This document shows, in pieces, positions 35,377 to 44,920 of a stretch of DNA of 64,000 bases. Below the pieces are notes generated by a model. It had not been told where the DNA came from. It made no database searches and worked only from the letters and a program-made list of their open reading frames with translations. The position numbers and the translations under genes were made by a program. Position 1 is the first letter of the stretch. Each line of letters begins with the position of its first letter. Location: the sequence record LC727697.1. The stretch is one strand, 5' to 3'. The DNA is from Pseudomonas phage sp. 30-2.

Positions 35377-37287
35377 TTATTGTTGTATTTTTACAGAAGT
35401 TATTTGTATATTAGATTTGGTCCCACATACTGCAAACTTAGTATTCTGTGTTATTGTAGAATCTAGACTTGTAGTAACAGATTGTCCTTGTGCAGTGCCA
35501 GAAGTAACTTCATAAGTAAACTGATTATTTTCGAAATCATATGTTATTTTAAAGGTATGGTTGGCAGTAGAATGAGGCAAACTACCTATAACACTACCTT
35601 GTTTAACTATTTGAATGACACTGTTAATTCTATCGGCATACGCATATGGGAATATACCGGAATTAAAATCAGATTCTGACTCTGCAAATGTGGTAGGAGT
35701 TGTGTTTGTTAAGCCATATCTCATTTGTTGTGTTGAATCTGAAGATATGGTATTTCCTATTATTTCTACTTTTTTAGAACCATATATAAAATATTTTTGA
35801 TAGCCGCCACCGGATGTTTGTCCGGAGGAATTAAATTGTATAATATTTCCCATAGCATCTGCTGTAGTAGTTGTGCCAGACAATACAGAGCGCGAATAAC
35901 TACCTGTATTTGTTAATAAATTGGGAAATGTAGGTAAACGAACCGGCGGAACGAAACCGTTTATATCATACATTGCTTTAGAAATACATCTTATATTCCA
36001 GCGTTCTGCTAATGCATAACCATCTGCTGGCGCAGTCCATGTGTTTCTAATAGGTATTTGACTATTCCATAGTGGCCTTGCCTCGTTTACTTGGGCTAGT
36101 CTAACACCATCTACAAATAATCCTATTACCCCATTTTTCCGCATTGCACATACATGGGTATCTTTGTTTAATACTAAAGTACCATTGGGTGCTTGCAATA
36201 CTCCGGAATTACCGTTTGCTTGGTCGTATAATCCGTCAGTGGAATAGAAATGTCTGACGCTTCCATTTTGTTGCATAGAGATAGACCATCCGATGTCAGT
36301 GCCACCCGAAGATGTCCATTGACCTATTAGTATGGCGCCGCCGGCGCCTACTGTAGATAAGTTTATATATAATTCTATTGTGTAATCGCCCGATTGCCAA
36401 TTTGTTACAGGAGAAAATTGGAAGCCAGAAGTATTATTAGTAGTTGTTACAAATCGTCCTGTTGTAGAATTAGATAAACCTGTAAGTAGTAAAGTAGGAG
36501 TATTCATAGTTTCTTGGAACAATGAATTTCGTTTACATGTTATTTGACCTACTACTAAGCTAGCATCTTCCGGGGTATAGTAGTCTGGCTTTACATCAGC
36601 CATAGTTACGCTAGCTAGTGTGAATGGTGCAACATACAATGCCTTGTCATTTACTATTCTAATATTTTTTCTATATCCATTAAAATAGTTATTTGTGGTG
36701 GCCATGCTTCTTGTAGAGAATATAGACCCCGATACAACATTAGTATGCCCTGCAAATGACACTTCAAACGAACCTGCTAGTTGTCCATTTACAAATCCAT
36801 ATAACATAGTGTCATCCCTACATACGGCTAAATGAACGTCTTGGTCTGAAGGTACTTGTACATTACTGAATGTAAATACTTGTCTAGTACCGGCAGTAGC
36901 AGTTCCATTATTCCATTGAAATACTAAATTGTTGTTAATTACAGATAACAACCAAAATTCGTTAGATGAATTCCATGTACCTATTATATTACTAGTAGAC
37001 GGAATTTCGCCTTCTGACCTTATTGTTAGTTCTATTGTAAATTTGGTATTTTTAAGTATACTAGGTAACTTTCTATAGAAATAATTGTTTACTGTGCTAC
37101 CGGAAGTATACAACGAACTATTTTGTATAGAAACTGTACCAGACGAAATCGACATCGATTCTGTTGCTTCGTCTAATGGTTCATTTGCTAGAAATTTATA
37201 TTGTAGGACAGGACCTACATCGACTAACGGCGCCGGTCTATATTTTATATGTAAATTTCCGTTATGATTAAATTTTCCTAATTTCAT
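35377..37287 (-). CDS. tail-fibre/structural protein
   Basis: 636 aa, rich in Ser/Thr/Gly/Asn, located in the structural module. Confidence 0.65.
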   Translation of the reverse strand: MKLGKFNHNGNLHIKYRPAPLVDVGPVLQYKFLANEPLDEATESMSISSGTVSIQNSSLYTSGSTVNNYFYRKLPSILKNTKFTIELTIRSEGEIPSTSNIIGTWNSSNEFWLLSVINNNLVFQWNNGTATAGTRQVFTFSNVQVPSDQDVHLAVCRDDTMLYGFVNGQLAGSFEVSFAGHTNVVSGSIFSTRSMATTNNYFNGYRKNIRIVNDKALYVAPFTLASVTMADVKPDYYTPEDASLVVGQITCKRNSLFQETMNTPTLLLTGLSNSTTGRFVTTTNNTSGFQFSPVTNWQSGDYTIELYINLSTVGAGGAILIGQWTSSGGTDIGWSISMQQNGSVRHFYSTDGLYDQANGNSGVLQAPNGTLVLNKDTHVCAMRKNGVIGLFVDGVRLAQVNEARPLWNSQIPIRNTWTAPADGYALAERWNIRCISKAMYDINGFVPPVRLPTFPNLLTNTGSYSRSVLSGTTTTADAMGNIIQFNSSGQTSGGGYQKYFIYGSKKVEIIGNTISSDSTQQMRYGLTNTTPTTFAESESDFNSGIFPYAYADRINSVIQIVKQGSVIGSLPHSTANHTFKITYDFENNQFTYEVTSGTAQGQSVTTSLDSTITQNTKFAVCGTKSNIQITSVKIQQ

Positions 37288-37289
37288 GT

Positions 37290-38237
37290 TTAACCTTTAA
37301 AGAAATATATTTCGTTATATCTGGGGGCAGTAAAATAGTTGGCAGCGCCAGGATAAGAACTACTACCGCCTATCATATATACACCGGTTTCTGTAACTAC
37401 ATATTCTGCAGACCAGCGGCGAGGCAACCCGGTATCTAAAATTTCCCATGTCATTTTATTTAAATCTAATATTTTAAATAAAAGCGTATTAGAAGAAGAT
37501 GACGCGCCGTATACAGCATATTGTTTATATACAAACCCGCCGAACCAGCTAGAAGGTGCTCCCGGAATTGTAGTAGGTAAAGTTGTCCACGTATTAGTAG
37601 ATATGTTGTATTCTAGAACGTCTGAAAGATTGTTTGATGTTTCGTTCCAGCCACCTAGTACATATATTTTCCCGTTATACGATCCTATGGTATGACCATT
37701 TCTTGGCGATGGCATACTTGTTCTTACTGTCCATGCTCTTGTACTAGCATTAAATCTATAACACAATGCATTTGTTATATTATTTTGCCCAATACCTCCT
37801 ATAACAAATACGTTTAGATTATCTACTGATGCGGTTCTTCCTTGTCCTCTAGAACCGCCGGCCATATCTGTATATCGTGTACCTGTTGCAGTGGAAGGGT
37901 TTATCTGAAAATACGAAGTATTATATCCATTGTTAGAACCACACAGCGCCCAAAAACTTCCATTGTAATAGCCGCCTCCTCCCCATGCCCAGGCTCCTAT
38001 GTTTCCGCTAGGACTTAACCAAGTATTAGTTGCTATATTGTATCGTCTATATATTTGTATTTGGCCTACACTAGGAACAGCTTCGCCCCCGAATATATGC
38101 AACATTCCGCCACCATATCCTGCAGTAAAATTTGCAATGTTTTGTGGCATCGTAGTAACTAAGGTTTTAGTTAAAAACGGTCTATTAATTGTTGCTGATA
38201 TTTTGCCTACGGATGGACTTCCTTTTATTTTCAACAT
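37290..38237 (-). CDS. Kelch-repeat beta-propeller protein
   Basis: Repeated GG.Y..GG / GKIYVLGG / YNISTNTWT Kelch-type blades. Confidence 0.65.
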   Translation of the reverse strand: MLKIKGSPSVGKISATINRPFLTKTLVTTMPQNIANFTAGYGGGMLHIFGGEAVPSVGQIQIYRRYNIATNTWLSPSGNIGAWAWGGGGYYNGSFWALCGSNNGYNTSYFQINPSTATGTRYTDMAGGSRGQGRTASVDNLNVFVIGGIGQNNITNALCYRFNASTRAWTVRTSMPSPRNGHTIGSYNGKIYVLGGWNETSNNLSDVLEYNISTNTWTTLPTTIPGAPSSWFGGFVYKQYAVYGASSSSNTLLFKILDLNKMTWEILDTGLPRRWSAEYVVTETGVYMIGGSSSYPGAANYFTAPRYNEIYFFKG

Positions 38238-38239
38238 AT

Positions 38240-38812
38240 TTAATTATCCATTAATCTAGTTTGAAGCAGCAAAAATAAATTTCTTTTTTCTGCAATATCG
38301 TCGGATGGTATTAATTCAGAAAATAGTTCAAAGTTGTTTTCTAAGACTAATTTTCTTGCTTTAGATGCACTTACACCTTCTATAGAAGTACTCTCTTCTA
38401 GTCTATTACCAGACGATATTATATCTAATTCTATGCCTATACTTTTTGCATATGCAGGCATATTTCTCTTGTAATCTTCTAATCTATCACTTCCTGCAAT
38501 AAAGGTTACGTGTTTATATTTTTTCGAAAGTAAATCTAATGCAGAAAACGGATTATTTATTTTAGATTCGTTAATATTTACCCCAGGAAAAAACATTTTC
38601 ATATATGATACTTTTTCTTCCCAAAGTAATGGATTTTTTTTATTTCCAGAAGAGTGAGACAAAAACACACAATGCGCAGCATTATATTCTTTTGCTATCT
38701 TTAGCATTTCTGATATAACTTTTCCGTGCCCTATTGTAGGGGGATTCATTCTACCATAAACAAACACTACTGAATTTAAAGTATTATTTAATATAGAGGT
38801 AAGTATGCTCAT
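38240..38812 (-). CDS. cytidylyltransferase-superfamily nucleotidyltransferase (TagD / RfaE-II / NMNAT-like)
   Basis: YGRMNPPTIGHGKVI is the (T/H)xGH motif, and the C-terminal SIEGVSASKARKLV matches the TEGISTTKIK-type motif. Confidence 0.6.
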   Translation of the reverse strand: MSILTSILNNTLNSVVFVYGRMNPPTIGHGKVISEMLKIAKEYNAAHCVFLSHSSGNKKNPLLWEEKVSYMKMFFPGVNINESKINNPFSALDLLSKKYKHVTFIAGSDRLEDYKRNMPAYAKSIGIELDIISSGNRLEESTSIEGVSASKARKLVLENNFELFSELIPSDDIAEKRNLFLLLQTRLMDN

Positions 38813-39019
38813 TGTCTAATCCAATTAAAGAGCTGACCCAAACGGGTCAGCTAACAAATTCCGACTTGTATTCTTGCACCAAGTAGCTATATGTGATACA
38901 ATGTTATGTGTGACTGTCAGCTATTAATTAAAAATACTTAAGCCTGGTCTGGGCTTGGGTATTCTATTTAAGTTCTACCAAAACCCCGAATGGTTAAAAC
39001 TGTGTATGTATTATTCATT

Positions 39020-39361
39020 TTAAGAGCCAGATGATTTGGTACGTTGTCTAATTTCGCCAAACACTGCCGCACCTGTTATTATAGTGCCAAATGCAATATG
39101 AAACAACCCTGCGTTTTGTAATGTTAATGGTTCCCATTTCTGTAATTTTAAAACTTCTGTTTTTTCTAGAACAAGATTTTGCTCAGATAAGTTAGAAATT
39201 TTAGATAACATTTCTTTGTTGTATTGATGGACTAGGACCGGCATAACAACAAAATCCATAACGCAGATAAACAAATAGACTAATGCCGCCAGCGGTTTCC
39301 AATTAAGCATTTTGTCCGAAGTTAGGGGTTTAGTGTTCTCTGACATTTTTTGTTTCCTCAC
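39020..39361 (-). CDS. two-TM membrane protein
   Basis: 113 aa with hydrophobic helices LAALVYLFICVMDFVVMPVLV and GLFHIAFGTIITGAAVFG; a CATAAATACT late-promoter-like motif lies upstream. Confidence 0.5.
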   Translation of the reverse strand: MRKQKMSENTKPLTSDKMLNWKPLAALVYLFICVMDFVVMPVLVHQYNKEMLSKISNLSEQNLVLEKTEVLKLQKWEPLTLQNAGLFHIAFGTIITGAAVFGEIRQRTKSSGS

Positions 39362-39477
39362 GAAAGAACCCCATGCTCTGGAGCCTCTACTCCGAGCAGG
39401 AACTCCTGTGCATAGTATTTTACTATACGAAAGTATTTATGAGTTTATTGTGTTTTGTGATCTGCTCTGTTTATACA

Positions 39478-39508
39478 TAAATAAAGGGCCCTAGGGCCCT
39501 TTATTTAA
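39478..39508. terminator. palindromic rho-independent terminator
   Basis: AAATAAAGGGCCCTAGGGCCCTTTATTTA, a perfect palindrome. Confidence 0.65.
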
Positions 39509-39519
39509 TTTAAAACAAC

Positions 39520-42204
39520 TTATAGAATTGTATATTGGAGTAATACAGTAACAGTACCTGTACTTGCGCCATGTGCAGCTATAGTTAGAGTAATATCTTG
39601 TCCGGCGACCGAATTAGAGAACACGTCCACTTGATATAATCCAGCTACCTCCGGATCATTAGTTGTGTCTGATGCTAGTGTAACTGAGTTATGAGTTACA
39701 GTAGCCCAGGCAGCAGTATCAGCAGCAGTATTTACTTTAAATATTATACTATTGATAATAATGCCGTTTGCAGGTAGATCGGTGCCTTCTATTATAGGAG
39801 TCGAACTATCAGTATCAAATGGAATATTTTCTAATTTTACAGTACGAACTGAACCTGCAGCAGAACCCAGTTGTGCAATAGCATCGGTATTAATTTTAAT
39901 CTGTGCATCTAATAACTTGTCTGCATTAGCTAAACTTGTAGCAGTAGTTATATAGTTAGTAGTTGCATCGGCAGTATAAGTACCATCTGTATTGAGCCCG
40001 GCGCCTGTTTCTATAGCATCTACTTCTGTTTGGTTGGCTTTTAGTGCTATATCGTCTTCGTTGGACTTTATTTGTGTATCTAGCAAAATAGTTGCTTGTT
40101 TTATACTAGTTGCAGAATTTAAATAATTTGTTCCAGTATAAGGTGCTAGTGTGCCATCTGTTCCTAAGCCAACAGCAGTCTCTATGGCATCTACTTCGGT
40201 TTGATCTGCTTTATCTAATATATCGTCTGCATTAGTTTTTACTTGTGCGTCAAGTAAAGTAGTAGCCTGTCTTATACTAGTTGCAGAGTCTAAATAGTTT
40301 GTTCCGGTATATGCAGAAAGAGTTCCGTCAGTGTTTAATCCCACAGATGTCTCTATGGCATTTACTTCTGTTTGTAGTGCTGTTATGTTGCTAGAAGCAC
40401 TCGAAACAGCAGTATCTACATATAGTTTGTTAACTAACGATGCGTCAGTTAAACCAGAAGAATATGCAGATGCAGTTACGCCGGTAACAACAATTTTTCC
40501 TGTGCCTTTTACTCCTAAGTTTAGGCCTAAGTTTGTATCTGAACCTAATGCAGTAATAGACGGGTTTGAACTCGCAGCAGCACCGGCAATAGCTATATTA
40601 TTTGCTAATGTAGAATAGAATATAGTATTAGTTTCTGTTGCAGTAATATAGTCTACTGTGTTTGCAGTGTTTCCTATAATAACACCGTCACCGCGTAGAC
40701 TTAGTTGTTCACCTAGTTCTGCACTTATTTCTGCATTACCATTGCCTTGTATTACTACTTCGCCTGTACCGTTTGGCGCAATAATTATGTTTCCGTTTGT
40801 TTCTGTTGTAGAAATTGTACTAGTAGCACTATCTACAGTCAGTGATCCTACATTCAGTATACCTGCAGAAAAAGTAAGAGCAGAGTTATCTTCTAAATGA
40901 CCGGAAGTTCCTGCCAGTACTATTCTTCCGCTAGTTAAGTTACTTGCAGTTAAATTAGACGAAGTAAGACCTGCAGAAGTAATAGTAGCAACAGCAGTAT
41001 TATCAGCAGTAAAGGTAATTGTACCGTTAGATCCTGTGTCTGTTACTACAACAGAACTGTCTAATTGAGAAATACTATTAGAAGAAAAACCAGATGTAAA
41101 TTCGGCAGCTAATTGGCTTATAGAAACCTTTTTGTTACTAGTTCCATCGTATATTGGGAGGACATCAGTATCGTTTAGTGCAGAGGAAACGGCAGTCAAT
41201 CCATTTACATCTAACCCTACTGTTATATTTCCTGCAGAACCGTCTGTATTAGATACAGCAATACCTAATTTATTGCCAGTAGTATCTGCAACTATAGTTC
41301 TACTTACATAGCTAGAACCAGATTTTACTATAACACCGTCGGTTTGTCCTAACGCAGTAACAACTCCTAAATCAGTAAATAATTTATTTACTGTTAATTT
41401 ATTATTAGTTGTACCGTTAGATACTGCTAGAGATAATGTATCAGCAGCAGTGCCTGTAAAATCCGATAAAGTAGGAATACTTAACGAAAATTCATTATCC
41501 GACAACGCTAGGCCAGCGCCAGCAGTATATGTTGCGCCTGCAGAAGTGTATTTTACCCAGAATTGCGGATCAACGTTCATCTGGTTAGGAGGAGTAACTT
41601 CTGAACCACCGTATTGTGCAGTTAAAGTATAACCGTCGCCTGCAGAAGTACCGTTTTCTACAAGAACATATGAGCCAAATATAAACTCATTATCTTCGTC
41701 CGAATCTGGTGCCCTGTCTAATGTAACTGTATTGTTTTCCGTGTCTACGTTAGTAACAATATAAATACCGTTTCTAGCTGCGCCAGCATCGTTGACAGTA
41801 GGTGTGTCACCTGTTATAGTTATACCTTCTAGTCTAACTAAAACACGACTTCCCATTTCCAGTACATGTCCGTCTACTGTTCTGGGGAAATCACTAAATA
41901 CACCGGCAGCCCAAGTTGCACCTGTTCCCGGATTAGTATTATTACCGTCTACAGTATATGACTGTTGTGTAGAAACTGAAACACTTTGGAGTGGTTTTAT
42001 TCCGCCGCTTATAGAATCTACATATGCTTTAGTTGCTAAATGTTCTGGTTGTAGGGGTGTTCCGCCTATAACGGGTGCATAGTTAGTACCGCCCAGGTCG
42101 CTAGTGAATGCAAATACACCGCTTGTAAAAGAGAGGCGGCCGCCTTTTTTGCCTAGCTGGACATCGCGTCCGATGCCACTTATGCTAAAATTTTTAATAG
42201 CCAT
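39520..42204 (-). CDS. tail fibre protein with three tandem ~47-aa repeats
   Basis: 894 aa with the repeat TEVDAIET.VGL.TDGTL..YTGTNYL.SATSI.QAT.LLD.Q.K.N.DDI three times; the repeat is visible at DNA level at about 39960-40400. Confidence 0.7.
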   Translation of the reverse strand: MAIKNFSISGIGRDVQLGKKGGRLSFTSGVFAFTSDLGGTNYAPVIGGTPLQPEHLATKAYVDSISGGIKPLQSVSVSTQQSYTVDGNNTNPGTGATWAAGVFSDFPRTVDGHVLEMGSRVLVRLEGITITGDTPTVNDAGAARNGIYIVTNVDTENNTVTLDRAPDSDEDNEFIFGSYVLVENGTSAGDGYTLTAQYGGSEVTPPNQMNVDPQFWVKYTSAGATYTAGAGLALSDNEFSLSIPTLSDFTGTAADTLSLAVSNGTTNNKLTVNKLFTDLGVVTALGQTDGVIVKSGSSYVSRTIVADTTGNKLGIAVSNTDGSAGNITVGLDVNGLTAVSSALNDTDVLPIYDGTSNKKVSISQLAAEFTSGFSSNSISQLDSSVVVTDTGSNGTITFTADNTAVATITSAGLTSSNLTASNLTSGRIVLAGTSGHLEDNSALTFSAGILNVGSLTVDSATSTISTTETNGNIIIAPNGTGEVVIQGNGNAEISAELGEQLSLRGDGVIIGNTANTVDYITATETNTIFYSTLANNIAIAGAAASSNPSITALGSDTNLGLNLGVKGTGKIVVTGVTASAYSSGLTDASLVNKLYVDTAVSSASSNITALQTEVNAIETSVGLNTDGTLSAYTGTNYLDSATSIRQATTLLDAQVKTNADDILDKADQTEVDAIETAVGLGTDGTLAPYTGTNYLNSATSIKQATILLDTQIKSNEDDIALKANQTEVDAIETGAGLNTDGTYTADATTNYITTATSLANADKLLDAQIKINTDAIAQLGSAAGSVRTVKLENIPFDTDSSTPIIEGTDLPANGIIINSIIFKVNTAADTAAWATVTHNSVTLASDTTNDPEVAGLYQVDVFSNSVAGQDITLTIAAHGASTGTVTVLLQYTIL

Positions 42205-42270
42205 TGTTATTAGTCCTTCGATATATTATACCGATATTTATCGGTATTTTTGTATTTTTACTTGCTAAGA

Positions 42271-42915
42271 TTATAATCTAGTCATAACTAACTGGGAACC
42301 TGCGTATGCAGAACACGACGTGCCAGATGACGACGAAGCAAGAGATATAGTTAGTGTGTCTGGAGACCCACTAGAATTTTCTATAAAACCTTGAACCCAA
42401 ACATTATACAAATTATTTGCAATAGCAACTGTAGTTACTGTAATAGTTGCACTTGCTCCTAAAACAAAACCGTTTACAAGTGTCGATGCTGTTCCTGTTT
42501 TTGCATTTTCTACACTAGAAAAAGATCTGGTCAATGATCCATTTGTCATTAATTGATATTTTATACCAGCAGCAGTATTATCGGAAGAATATAACAATAA
42601 TAACGTGTATGAATATGTTGTATTTGCTTCTAGTGGGATACTAGTAAAATCTGTTATTGCGCTTAATGTAGAACCGGAAACTGTTTTGTCAGCTTGCATT
42701 GTGTACTTTGTAGTTCTTCCATCTACATAACTTTTAGGAACGGCATGTGTGGATGCAGTTGCCGTTCCTACGGCGATCGGACATAATACATTGCTATCCG
42801 TTTCTACTTTAAAACTAGATGTTTCAGGCGTATATGTTATTTTTCCACCTTTTTTTCCAAACTGTAAAACATTAGATACAGCACTAAGAAGAAAACTTTT
42901 TATCATTTTATACAA
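42271..42915 (-). CDS. structural (fibre-associated) protein
   Basis: 214 aa, Thr/Ser-rich. Confidence 0.55.
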   Translation of the reverse strand: MYKMIKSFLLSAVSNVLQFGKKGGKITYTPETSSFKVETDSNVLCPIAVGTATASTHAVPKSYVDGRTTKYTMQADKTVSGSTLSAITDFTSIPLEANTTYSYTLLLLYSSDNTAAGIKYQLMTNGSLTRSFSSVENAKTGTASTLVNGFVLGASATITVTTVAIANNLYNVWVQGFIENSSGSPDTLTISLASSSSGTSCSAYAGSQLVMTRL

Positions 42916-42943
42916 TCCGTGTTAATAAAGATATTTACCTGTC

Positions 42944-44917
42944 TTATGTGTATGATACAATTATCTTTACTCGTCCGGTAGTAGAACCGTTACTATCCAA
43001 ATAAGCTACAATTTCTGTATCGGTTCCAGAATCGAAATATACATTAGGTGTTATAAAATAAGTGTCTTCTACAGTTAAATCTATAAAATCAGAACTCATT
43101 AATATGTCTGTGTTATTAATATCTGTTCCTATGGACAATGTTGCATTTTCGTTACTGAATATTTCTTCTACAGTAATAGATATTTGCGTAACTTTAGAAT
43201 TATTACTCATTTTTCCTATAGTAACAGCTTCTGAGGAATTATACTGTATTTCTAGTTCTATAGAACTTGCATCTGTTTTTGCAGAATCTTCATCGGCTGT
43301 TTTTATCCAACTATTTCCGTTCCATAAATATAGTGCCCATTCACCTGCCTTGGATCCGTTTGGTAACATTCCGTCAATTACATATGCTTGATCGCCCGTT
43401 AACGGGGTTAATGCATCTCTTGCAGATATATTTGCTACTACATACGTGTCTGCCGTTCTTATGCCGTTAGCAACTGACATAACATATGCAGGCATTCCAT
43501 TTTCGTTAGATAGTAAACCGAGTTCGTCTATTGGATTTCCTAATATATTTTTAAATATAATTCCGGTGCCCGTTAAACTAACAAATTTCATAAAACTGTT
43601 AGTTGCAGCAGGTGTGTATAACGGCAAACCGGTTGCAGAATTCGGACCTGCTATAGGAGAACCAAAACTTTCATTACTTATATTTTCTATAACTATCTCT
43701 GTTCCTAACGTATTAGTTAATGTAACTTGCCCGTTCTCTGCTATTGCCACTATGCCAGGTATGTTTGCATTATTAATAGCTATAGCAACATCATTTGCTT
43801 CACCCCATTGACCTGGGCTAGCAGTGTCGCTATTGAATATTATTTCAACATTGTTTATTTTTGCTGAACCCGGCGGAGTTATACCAACGAATATACCACC
43901 GAATGCCATATCAGCTGTATTTGACACACAACTAGCAGGTGCCAACTGCAAAGAGCTTTCTATTCCTGTATCAATAGTAAATGTATTAATTCTATCTACG
44001 AGATCTTGAATATTAGTAGAAGGTATAACTATGTTAGAATTATTTAGAGAAAATGTGTTTCCTACAACAATTGTCATATTATCTGTGCTTTTTGTTGTAA
44101 TAGATGTTCCTTGTATTGCATTTGTTATTTTTACATATGCAGGAACACCCGTATTTTCGGTAGTTAACTTTCCGGGATCTGTATCAGAAATATATAAAGT
44201 GTCACCGATTTGGCCTAATACAGATGCTTGATAGTTTTTACTAAAAACATTTACAGGAGAAACTATGAAATCATTTGGTCCCGGTCCCGAACTGTATACT
44301 GTCCCTAAAATTTTATGAGTAATGTTATTGTCTGATAAGATGTATCCCGCAGCGGGATCTAAAGATAATATATCGCCTTTTATAAATCCGTTATTTTCTT
44401 TATATAATTGTAATATTTCATTTTTCTTTTCTTTTCTAAATCTACTATCTAACGATGAAACAAAACCATATTTGTTTATAGAAGCCGGTAATGGATCTAA
44501 TAATGGCATTCCATCTACACTAAGAGTGAATAATATATTATTACCTAATTGGGGACTTATTAATCCATCTTGTGAAATTGCAGAAAATGTATTATACCTA
44601 AATGTATCTCTAATTACTGCAACTAATGATGTTTCTGTTTTTTCAGTTATAGAAATAATTTCAAAAGCTTGCGGTATATCAGTGTTAGATATCCAATCCC
44701 CTACATTTAAATCTAAACCGTTATATGTATATGGTTCTCTTGTGTTTTCGTAACTATGAAACTGCGGAATAACGGTTGCAGATATAATCCATGTATAAAA
44801 TCTGGGAGAACTTCCGTTTTCCCAGAATTCGTCACCTTGATTGTACGGCCAATAGTCTTTACCAACTGCTGATTGTATATTCAGTTGAATTACTTTATTA
44901 GGTATAGATAAAATCAT
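42944..44917 (-). CDS. structural/tail fibre protein
   Basis: 657-aa ORF. Confidence 0.65.
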   Translation of the reverse strand: MILSIPNKVIQLNIQSAVGKDYWPYNQGDEFWENGSSPRFYTWIISATVIPQFHSYENTREPYTYNGLDLNVGDWISNTDIPQAFEIISITEKTETSLVAVIRDTFRYNTFSAISQDGLISPQLGNNILFTLSVDGMPLLDPLPASINKYGFVSSLDSRFRKEKKNEILQLYKENNGFIKGDILSLDPAAGYILSDNNITHKILGTVYSSGPGPNDFIVSPVNVFSKNYQASVLGQIGDTLYISDTDPGKLTTENTGVPAYVKITNAIQGTSITTKSTDNMTIVVGNTFSLNNSNIVIPSTNIQDLVDRINTFTIDTGIESSLQLAPASCVSNTADMAFGGIFVGITPPGSAKINNVEIIFNSDTASPGQWGEANDVAIAINNANIPGIVAIAENGQVTLTNTLGTEIVIENISNESFGSPIAGPNSATGLPLYTPAATNSFMKFVSLTGTGIIFKNILGNPIDELGLLSNENGMPAYVMSVANGIRTADTYVVANISARDALTPLTGDQAYVIDGMLPNGSKAGEWALYLWNGNSWIKTADEDSAKTDASSIELEIQYNSSEAVTIGKMSNNSKVTQISITVEEIFSNENATLSIGTDINNTDILMSSDFIDLTVEDTYFITPNVYFDSGTDTEIVAYLDSNGSTTGRVKIIVSYT

Positions 44918-44920
44918 ATA

